This document shows, piece by piece, positions 56,975 to 64,000 of a stretch of DNA of 64,000 nt. The DNA comes from Nannocystales bacterium (GTDB taxonomy: Bacteria > Myxococcota_A > Polyangia > Nannocystales > Nannocystaceae). Both the position numbers and the translations under genes were made by a program. The notes beneath the pieces are model-generated. The model worked only from the letters and a program-made list of their open reading frames with translations, did no database searches and was not told the DNA's origin. The DNA lies in the NCBI GenBank assembly GCA_050633305.1, contig JBOEGF010000042.1, positions 32,001 through 96,000 on the forward strand. Reading direction: 5' to 3'. Every line of letters begins with the position of its first letter. The stretch's first letter is position 1.

Positions 56975-59866
56975 ATGACTTCGAGTCTACCTGGAACGAC
57001 GCCATGCCTGGACGACGACGACGTCGCCGCTCTATGCGAAGGCGCGATGAACGAAGCTGCGCGTCGACGAGCCGAAGCGCACCTCGACGGTTGCGACGAC
57101 TGTCGACGACACGTGCAGAACGTCCTGGCGACGTCGCACCGCACGCTCTCGAGCCCGGTCACGCGCGACCCCACCCTCGCCAGGCCCGGCGATGTCGTTG
57201 GCCGCTATACGCTACGGCGTCGTATCGGCGCGGGCGGCATGGGCGTGGTCTGGCTGGCGCACGACGACGTGCTCGGGCGGGACATCGCCGTCAAGTTCAT
57301 CCGCAGTGGGAACGCTGAGGCCGTCCGATGTGAAGCCGAGGCGTTGGCTGCGGTCGAGCACGCGGACATCGTCCGGGTCTTCGACGTCGCGGCGGTTGGC
57401 GAGGGTCTGTGCATCGCCATGGAGTATGTCGATGCCCTCACATTCGACCGTTGGAGCGCGGGTCGGATACACCGTTGGCGAGAGTTGTCGGCGCTCGGGG
57501 TCCGCGTCGCGTCCGCCCTTGCGGCCGCACATGACGCGGGGGTCGTGCACGCAGACATCAAGCCCGGCAATATTCTCGTCTGCCGCGACGGGACGCCGAA
57601 GATCGTCGACTTTGGGCTGGCGGATGCCCAAAGGGTCCTGAAGGGCCCGTCGTCTCGGTCCGATACCGCGCCGCTCGACCAGACACCGCGTGAGCGTGGC
57701 GGCACGCCTGCGTACATGGCCCCGGAGCAGCGCAGCGGTGGCGCCATCGATGCGCGAGCAGACATCTATGCCCTGGGCGTGACACTGCGCGGAGCCCTAC
57801 TCGCCGCACCGCGTCGGGTGCACCGCGTGCTCGAACGCGCCAGTGCTCCCGACCGCGACCGGCGATATGGATCGATGAAGGCCTTCGCAGACGCGCTGGA
57901 GCGCGCTTGCAGACCTCGGACGCGATGGTGGCTCGTCGCAGCCGCCCTCGTCATGGGAGTCACGGCGGCGACCTGGACACCCCCGTCCGAGGACCGTTGC
58001 GAACGCGGTGCCCGCCGAGTGGCAGAGGTGCTCGATCGTACCAACCGCGGTGGTCGGCCTCGCGACGTTCTCTCGATGCCCGTCGTCGCGCGCTATTCGG
58101 ACTCGTGGCGTTCTGGCCACGCCCGCGCGTGCGCGCTCGAGCCGTCCCCGTCGAGAGAGCGCGCGCTCGAATGCCTCGAGGGGAGGCTCCACGCGCTGTC
58201 GCTCGTGCTCGATGCCCTCGAGAGCGAAGTGCCGGACCGAGAAACCCGGGTCGTGAGTGCGGTAGGGTCCCTCCCTTTTCCCGGTGCATGTGTCGACGGT
58301 CCCCTGCCGAGCGGTGACAGCGTGAGCGCGTTGGGCACGGACCTGGCCGCCGCTCGGGCGGCGTTCGCCCTGGCCCACGATACTGACGCCGCTGCGTTGG
58401 CGCGACAGGTCGCACGGGAGGCTGCTGTGTTCGGCGACTCTGTGCTCGAAGCCAGGGCCCGCTTGCTCCTCGCCATGGTCGAGCAACGCGGCGGCGACCC
58501 CAAGGCCGCGAAGCGGATGCTCGATGAGGTGCTCGCGCAGGCCGTGCTGGTGGACGACGCCCGCCTCCAGGTCCGTGCTTGGGAGGAGTGGCTGTGGCTC
58601 GTTGGCATCACGATGCGGCGCCGTGATGATGCGCTGGGCCAGGTCGGTCACGCTCTGGCCGCGCTCGAGCGAGCAGGGTCGCCGGCGGAAGAGGAGTCGG
58701 AGCTTCGCGCAACGCTGGCCGCGCTGTACATGAACGAGGGCCAGTTCGACGCGGCGGGACGGGAGATCGCTCGACTCGAATCCATCGTCCGCACTCACGA
58801 GGTCGCCCCGACACGGGAGATCCAGCTCCACACGACGCGGGCCTCGCTGGCCGGGCGGCGAGGCGACTTCGACTCGGCTGCCCGTGAATACGAGACGGCC
58901 TTGGCCCTTCGAAACGAACTCCAGGGCGTCCGCCACCCGGCACGAGCCGGAACGTTGCGCAACCTGGCAATCATTCAGGCCCGCAAGGGCGACCTCGGGG
59001 GTGCCGCGATACGCCTGCGCGAGGCCGCGAACGTGTTGCGTTCGAGCGAACGGGCAGCAAGCACACTCCTGGTCACGATCGAACGCGACCTCGCGCAGAT
59101 CCTGCTCCATCTCGGCGACCTCGCCCCTGCCCTCGAGTTCGCAAGGTCGAGCGTGGAGCACGGGATTGCCACCCATGGAGAGCTGCACGTCGAGACGGCC
59201 AAGGCGAAGCGAACGTTGGGCGACGTCTTGCTCTCACAAGGCCACAGCGAGCTGGCCGCCGAGACATTTCGGGAGGCGATCGCTGGCTACGAGGCAAGCG
59301 AGGGATACACGAGCGTTCCTGCGGCCGAGACCCTGGCTGCCGTGGCCGTCATCGACGCGCTGCAGGGGCGCGACGCGGACGCGCTGCGCCGCTACGATCG
59401 GGCCTACGCAGCACTCGAGCAGGATGGGCCGCTTCACGCGCGCGCCTTCGTCTTGGCCAACCGCGGAGCCCTCGCGCTGGAGCAGGGGCGGTTGCGAGAT
59501 GCTCGTGCCGATCTCGAACGCTCTGTGGAGTTCGACACTCGAGAAGCTGGGGAAGACGCCGTGGCCCTGGCGTTCGCGTTGACCACTCTCGCGGCTGTGG
59601 ACGCTGCGGAGGGATTGATGGCCGCAGCCCAACAACATGCCGAGCGAGCGTGGCGGCTGGTCGAGGCGGCGGGGGTTCGGGGCACCAGTCGTGCCCATGC
59701 GGCCTTCGGCGTGGCCAAGGTACTTGGCACCGACCCGGCCTCGCGTGCGCGTGCGCTCGCTCTGGTGGACGAAGCCGAGTCGATCTATGCGACGGAGTCG
59801 GGATTCTTGTCTTCCACGGGACTGTCGGCCATCCGCGCTTGGCGAGCCGCGCACGACTCTGGTTGA
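56975..59866 (+). CDS. Ser/Thr protein kinase with N-terminal zinc-finger, TM helix and TPR repeats
   Basis: HLDGCDDC; IGAGGMGVVW, IAVK, HADIKPGN, DFG, GTPAYMAPE; TM WWLVAAALVMGV; TPR repeats. Confidence 0.92.
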   Translation: MTSSLPGTTPCLDDDDVAALCEGAMNEAARRRAEAHLDGCDDCRRHVQNVLATSHRTLSSPVTRDPTLARPGDVVGRYTLRRRIGAGGMGVVWLAHDDVLGRDIAVKFIRSGNAEAVRCEAEALAAVEHADIVRVFDVAAVGEGLCIAMEYVDALTFDRWSAGRIHRWRELSALGVRVASALAAAHDAGVVHADIKPGNILVCRDGTPKIVDFGLADAQRVLKGPSSRSDTAPLDQTPRERGGTPAYMAPEQRSGGAIDARADIYALGVTLRGALLAAPRRVHRVLERASAPDRDRRYGSMKAFADALERACRPRTRWWLVAAALVMGVTAATWTPPSEDRCERGARRVAEVLDRTNRGGRPRDVLSMPVVARYSDSWRSGHARACALEPSPSRERALECLEGRLHALSLVLDALESEVPDRETRVVSAVGSLPFPGACVDGPLPSGDSVSALGTDLAAARAAFALAHDTDAAALARQVAREAAVFGDSVLEARARLLLAMVEQRGGDPKAAKRMLDEVLAQAVLVDDARLQVRAWEEWLWLVGITMRRRDDALGQVGHALAALERAGSPAEEESELRATLAALYMNEGQFDAAGREIARLESIVRTHEVAPTREIQLHTTRASLAGRRGDFDSAAREYETALALRNELQGVRHPARAGTLRNLAIIQARKGDLGGAAIRLREAANVLRSSERAASTLLVTIERDLAQILLHLGDLAPALEFARSSVEHGIATHGELHVETAKAKRTLGDVLLSQGHSELAAETFREAIAGYEASEGYTSVPAAETLAAVAVIDALQGRDADALRRYDRAYAALEQDGPLHARAFVLANRGALALEQGRLRDARADLERSVEFDTREAGEDAVALAFALTTLAAVDAAEGLMAAAQQHAERAWRLVEAAGVRGTSRAHAAFGVAKVLGTDPASRARALALVDEAESIYATESGFLSSTGLSAIRAWRAAHDSG

Positions 59867-59910
59867 CGCGTTTCGTGTCGGTATGTCGCGGCCTGCGGGT
59901 GCCCCGATTC

Positions 59911-60861
59911 TCAACCCTGCGAACTCAGGCGCCTCGCTGGGAGTTCGTCCCACGGGGCGATGTCTCCGCCAAGCTCGGCCACCACGAACTCGACAAAGGC
60001 ACGGACCTTCTGGGGGAGGTAGACCCGGTCGGCAAAGACGATCTGTAGGCCGCGGCTTGGCATGACGTACTCCGGCAGCAACCGGACGAGCCGTCCCGAA
60101 GCGATGTGTGGGGCAGCGATGAACGTGGGCAGGCGTCCGATACCGAGGCCCTGCAGCAACCACTCGGACAGGGCGTCACCGTTGTTCACCTCCATCGGTC
60201 CGTCGACCTCCACCGTCTGCGCGTCTCCGTCATGCTCGAACGTCCACCGGACCGCCTCTTCGGAGTAGCTGTACGCGAGACAAGGGTGCTCGTGCAGGTC
60301 GCTCGGCGCCGACGGAGCATCGTGACTCGCCAGGTATTCCGGAGATGCACACAAGACAGAGCGTAGCTGGGCGACCGTCCGGACGGTCATCGCTTCGCGA
60401 CGGATCGTGTGCGCCCACAAGGCGACGTCGAACTCTCCGTCGAGGAGACGGCCGCTGCGGTCATCGAGGACCAAGGACACCCTCACCTGTGGATGGGCCC
60501 GCATGAACTTCCCGATGCGCGGAGCGAGCTGGGCACGACCGAAGGCCATCGGTGCGAGCACCCGCAGCCTTCCTCGCGCCTCGTCCTGCAACTCCATGGC
60601 GGCGAGCTCCGCCTGACGTGTCGCGTCAACAGCAGCGCAGGCGTGTTCGTAGTACCGCTGTCCCGCCTCGCTCAGCGTCAGCGTACGGCTCGTGCGATGC
60701 AGTAGCCGGACTCCCAGGTGCGTCTCGAGTTGTGAGACCCGACGAGAGACCGCGGACCGCGTGACGCCAAGCCGCTGTGCCGCCCCGGAGAGACTTCCCG
60801 CTTGGACCACCGCCACAAACACCCCAGCCGCAGCGAGGTCCAGATTGTCGTGCGCAGTCAT
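59911..60861 (-). CDS. LysR family transcriptional regulator (CrgA/DmlR-like)
   Basis: GSLSGAAQRLGVTRSAVSRRVSQLE, LLHRTSR, ASPEYL, PQKVRAFV. Confidence 0.93.
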   Translation of the reverse strand: MTAHDNLDLAAAGVFVAVVQAGSLSGAAQRLGVTRSAVSRRVSQLETHLGVRLLHRTSRTLTLSEAGQRYYEHACAAVDATRQAELAAMELQDEARGRLRVLAPMAFGRAQLAPRIGKFMRAHPQVRVSLVLDDRSGRLLDGEFDVALWAHTIRREAMTVRTVAQLRSVLCASPEYLASHDAPSAPSDLHEHPCLAYSYSEEAVRWTFEHDGDAQTVEVDGPMEVNNGDALSEWLLQGLGIGRLPTFIAAPHIASGRLVRLLPEYVMPSRGLQIVFADRVYLPQKVRAFVEFVVAELGGDIAPWDELPARRLSSQG

Positions 60862-60934
60862 CGGTGAGTTTGTCTCACGGGTGTGTTGAGCAGGTGGCTC
60901 TGGTCGGTCAGAAGATCGCGCGTAGCTTGATCTC

Positions 60935-61393
60935 ATGAAGATGCGAATCGAACACGTCAACCTGGTCGTCGACGACATTCCGTCGACGCTTGCGTTTCTT
61001 CGGGCCGCACTGCCCTCCTGGGATGTCCGCGGTGAGGGCGATGGACACTGGTACGGCACGCCGCGCAAGTGGCTGCACTTCGGCGACTCCCACCACTACA
61101 TCACCCTCAACGACCACGGGAGCGGCCCCAATCGCGACCTCCGTGGGCTCAGCGTCGGGTTGGCGCACATCGGGATGGAAGTCGACGACGTCGACGCAGT
61201 GGTGGAGAGGCTTCGCGCAGCCGGGCACGAGCCCACCACGATCGGCGCCGACCACCCCCACCGAAAAACCGTCTACTTCTCTGAGCCCGCCGGATTCGAG
61301 TTCGAGTTCATCCAATACCTCTCCGACGATCCCCAGGAGCGCAACCTGTACGGTGGCGAGACATCCGGCGTCTCCCGCGTCTCGACACCGTAG
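60935..61393 (+). CDS. VOC/glyoxalase family protein
   Basis: IEHVNL.V, GLAHIG.EV.D, YF..P.G.EFEF. Confidence 0.9.
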   Translation: MKMRIEHVNLVVDDIPSTLAFLRAALPSWDVRGEGDGHWYGTPRKWLHFGDSHHYITLNDHGSGPNRDLRGLSVGLAHIGMEVDDVDAVVERLRAAGHEPTTIGADHPHRKTVYFSEPAGFEFEFIQYLSDDPQERNLYGGETSGVSRVSTP

Positions 61394-61412
61394 AGACGGA
61401 GTGTGGCGGAGT

Positions 61413-61889
61413 CTATGAGGGGTCCCCGCTGCTCTCCAGCAGGCCAGAGTTGAGCCGACCCGCGATGTCGTGCAGCCCAGTTCCGAGCGAGTCCCCCAGC
61501 AGGGCCTCCACCTCTCGCTGCGCGGCGCGCCATGCTGGGTAAGCTTCCAGCAAGGTGTCCTCGCCCACCGCCGTGAGACGGACGCCATAGCTGCGGCCGT
61601 CCTCGACCTCGACCGTCTGGACCCAGCCGCGCTCGATCATCCGATCGAGCGTTCGGCTCACCGTGGACTTCTCCAGGTCCAGGGCCTGCCCCAGTGCTCG
61701 CGGGGTGACCAGCTCGGCTTTTGCGATCGCCGTCAACAAGGTGACCTGGGTGTTCCGAAGCCCGAGCGGTCGAAGCTGTCGGTCGAAGATTCCCGACACC
61801 ACGCGTTCGATCACCCTGGCGCGTAGCCCGAGGCAGTTGGTCGACACGTCGCGCACCGCCCGCTTGAGTCGGGTTTTCGATGTGCCCAC
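61413..61889 (-). CDS. MarR family transcriptional regulator
   Basis: CLGLRAR...R.V...FD..L.PLGL...Q..LL, LEKSTVSR.L..M..RGWV, DGRS..V.LT..G. Confidence 0.9.
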   Translation of the reverse strand: MGTSKTRLKRAVRDVSTNCLGLRARVIERVVSGIFDRQLRPLGLRNTQVTLLTAIAKAELVTPRALGQALDLEKSTVSRTLDRMIERGWVQTVEVEDGRSYGVRLTAVGEDTLLEAYPAWRAAQREVEALLGDSLGTGLHDIAGRLNSGLLESSGDPS

Positions 61890-61949
61890 GCCCGTAGACT
61901 ACCCCTGTTCGCCACCCGACGCCCCAAGACTGGCAAGCACCCGTTGTTA

Positions 61950-61969
61950 ATGGTTGTATATGCAACCAT
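61950..61969. promoter_or_regulatory. Candidate MarR operator ATGGTTGTATATGCAACCAT
   Basis: 20-bp palindrome with one mismatched pair, overlapping ATG 61968 in the divergent MarR intergenic region. Confidence 0.65.
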
Positions 61970-63353
61970 GTCGAAGAGCCCCGAACCATCGCGCACCCCG
62001 CGACCCAAGTCCCTCGGTCGTCTGGGGTCTCGTCCCGACGTCCTCCGGGTCCTCCAGCGCGGTTCGGGCCCAGACCGGCCCCGCGCGACGCTGGAAAAGC
62101 TACGTGCGCTCTGCCTCGACGCAGGGGCCGCCGATGCCGGCGTGGTGGCCCTGGACCGAGTGGAGGTCGATGCTGACCGCGATGACATCCTCGCCGCGAT
62201 GCCGACGGCGCGAACTCTGCTGAGCTTCGTTGTCAGCATGAACCCCGCGTCGATCCAGTCCCCTTCCCGCTCGGTCGCCAACCTCGAGTTCCATCACGCC
62301 GGCGACGAGACCAACGAGATCGCTCGCCGCATCATCGAGGGGTTGCGGGAATTCGGAGGCCGGGCGCTCAACCCGGCCATGGGATTCCCGATGGAGATGC
62401 ACCGCTTCCCGGGGAAGATCTGGGTCGTCAGCCACAAACGCATCGCCGAGGCCGCCGGGCTGGGCAAGATGGGCATCCATCGCAACCTCATCCACCCTCG
62501 ATTGGGCAACTTCATCCTCTTGGGTACCGTCATCACCGACCTCGAGATCGAAGCCGAGCAGCAGTCACACCCCATCGACTACAACCCCTGTCTCGAGTGC
62601 AAGCTCTGTGTCGCGGCCTGCCCGGTCGGTGCGATCAAGCCCGACGGCGAGTTCGACTTCTCCGCCTGCTACGTCCACAACTATCGGGAATTCATGGGCG
62701 GGTTCACCGATTGGGTCGAACAGGTGGTCGAGTCCAAAGACCGCGCCGAGTACCGACGGCGGGTTGGGGACGCGGACTCGGCCAGCATGTGGCAGAGCCT
62801 CTCGTTTGGGGCCAACTACAAGGCCGCGTATTGCATGGCGGTGTGCCCCGCCGGCGAAGACGTACTCGCGCCGTACCTCGAATCGAAGAAGGCGTGGAAG
62901 CAAGGCGTCCTCGACCCGCTCGTCCGCAAAGAGGAGACGCTGTATGTGTTGGGCAACAGCGACGCACGGGACCATGCCGAGAAGCGGTTTCCCCACAAGC
63001 CCACCAAGGTCGTGCACTCCAACCTGCGACCCACGTCGGTCTGGGGGTTCTTTCGTGGCGCCCCGCTCTCGTTTCAGCGCGGCCGAGCGAAGGATCTGCC
63101 GCGCACCATCTATCACTTCGAGTTCACCGGACGAGAAACGGCCGAGATGACGTTCGTGGTCGACGGAGGCTCGCTCGAAACAAGCGAGGGTTTGGTCGGC
63201 GATCCCGACCTTCGCGTGACCGCGGACTCCGATGCGTGGCTGCAGTTCCTCGCAGGAGAGCGCAACCCCGTGTGGGCCCTGGTCACCCGCAAGTTCCGTC
63301 TCAAAGGCCCGGTGGCGCTGCTCAAGCAGTTCGGGGCTTGCTTCGCATCCTGA
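61968..63353 (+). CDS. Epoxyqueuosine reductase/reductive dehalogenase-like Fe-S protein fused to an SCP2 sterol-carrier domain
   Basis: SHK..AEAAGLGKMGIHRNLIHP.LG...LG.V.TD, CLECKLCVAACP, C...CMAVCP; C-terminal YHF.FTG...EGL.G.PDL.V.ADS..W...L.GE.N...AL.TRK.R.KG (SCP2). Confidence 0.85.
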   Translation: MSKSPEPSRTPRPKSLGRLGSRPDVLRVLQRGSGPDRPRATLEKLRALCLDAGAADAGVVALDRVEVDADRDDILAAMPTARTLLSFVVSMNPASIQSPSRSVANLEFHHAGDETNEIARRIIEGLREFGGRALNPAMGFPMEMHRFPGKIWVVSHKRIAEAAGLGKMGIHRNLIHPRLGNFILLGTVITDLEIEAEQQSHPIDYNPCLECKLCVAACPVGAIKPDGEFDFSACYVHNYREFMGGFTDWVEQVVESKDRAEYRRRVGDADSASMWQSLSFGANYKAAYCMAVCPAGEDVLAPYLESKKAWKQGVLDPLVRKEETLYVLGNSDARDHAEKRFPHKPTKVVHSNLRPTSVWGFFRGAPLSFQRGRAKDLPRTIYHFEFTGRETAEMTFVVDGGSLETSEGLVGDPDLRVTADSDAWLQFLAGERNPVWALVTRKFRLKGPVALLKQFGACFAS

Positions 63354-63606
63354 GCAGTCGCTCGGCCCCACGCCGTACAACTTCCGGCCGCGCGTCCATC
63401 GTCTTCGTTTCGGTTCGTGCCTGTGCTGATCGGTGCCTTAGCATCGTCGACGCGACCATGATCTCTGCTCCAACGCGTCCCCTCATCTGCGAGAGCTGTG
63501 GCGGTCCCCTCCCCTCGCGCAACTCCGGCGGCAGCCCTCGCCAGACAGGGACACACGACCAAGACGTCGGGGCGAATCGGCGAGCACAGGATCCCTTGGG
63601 AGCGAT

Positions 63607-64000
63607 GTGCCAAGCCCGGTAGACCAGTACCGAGTCCGCGTTGCCGCGCAAGCCGACTGCAATGAGTTGGCCCGAATGCGATGCGCGCTCGCGGACACCA
63701 TGGAGTCCGAGAACCGCAACATCTGGCCGATGACAGACGCGCGAAAAGCCGGCCTGCCCGAGTTCTTCGCGGGGTGCATTCGCGATCCCGATGTCGGCAT
63801 TTGGGTCGTCGACTCGGTACTCCGCGGCGAAGCAACAACGGTCGCGACCGTGACCGCCCGCATTCGGAAGGACCGAGACGTTGCGTGGGTCGGAGTGGTC
63901 GACGATGCGTGGGTGGACTCCGAGCATCGCGGACAGGGGCTGTGTCGTCGGCTGATGGGCGAGCTGGTGGCCTTCTTCCGCCAACGCGAAATCACCGACC
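63607..64000 (+). CDS. GNAT family N-acetyltransferase, 3' end outside window
   Basis: Not in ORF track. Manual translation from GTG 63607 (GGGAG RBS): YRVRVAAQADCNELARM...VDDAWVDSEHRGQGLCRRLM (motif A). Confidence 0.85.
   Translation, partial: MPSPVDQYRVRVAAQADCNELARMRCALADTMESENRNIWPMTDARKAGLPEFFAGCIRDPDVGIWVVDSVLRGEATTVATVTARIRKDRDVAWVGVVDDAWVDSEHRGQGLCRRLMGELVAFFRQREITD

Noticed and set aside
1..64000. tRNA, rRNA and known riboswitches (cobalamin, c-di-GMP)
   Set aside because: No cloverleaf/T-loop or consensus elements recognised by eye; a tRNAscan-SE/Infernal run would be needed to exclude them fully.

Overview
GC-rich bacterial chromosomal window. Its gene repertoire (many Cys- or Ser/Thr-rich lipoproteins, Myxococcus cysteine-rich repeats, vWA lipoproteins, zinc-finger Ser/Thr kinase-TPR proteins paired with Myxococcales-type sigma factors) points to a myxobacterium, probably Nannocystaceae-like (inference). 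About 50 CDSs are present. They include arsH translationally coupled to an unusual biotin-carboxylase-like enzyme, an 898-aa toxin-like HExxH protein, an orphan PilB/GspE ATPase, four LysR-enzyme modules, a REC-GGDEF-EAL protein, two sigma/kinase pairs, an ECF module, DUF2239 with a carotenoid oxygenase, two PAS hybrid kinases and a MarR-linked QueG-like/SCP2 fusion. No rRNA, tRNA, CRISPR array, transposase or integrase was recognised. The most notable non-coding signals are a perfect 16-bp palindrome in an AT-rich, apparently leaderless promoter of the DUF2239 gene, and a pair of ~170-bp ~96%-identical direct repeats bracketing a patch of gene remnants (kinase, serpin, lipoprotein). All calls come from reading motifs by eye; no database search was run, and several start codons are uncertain.
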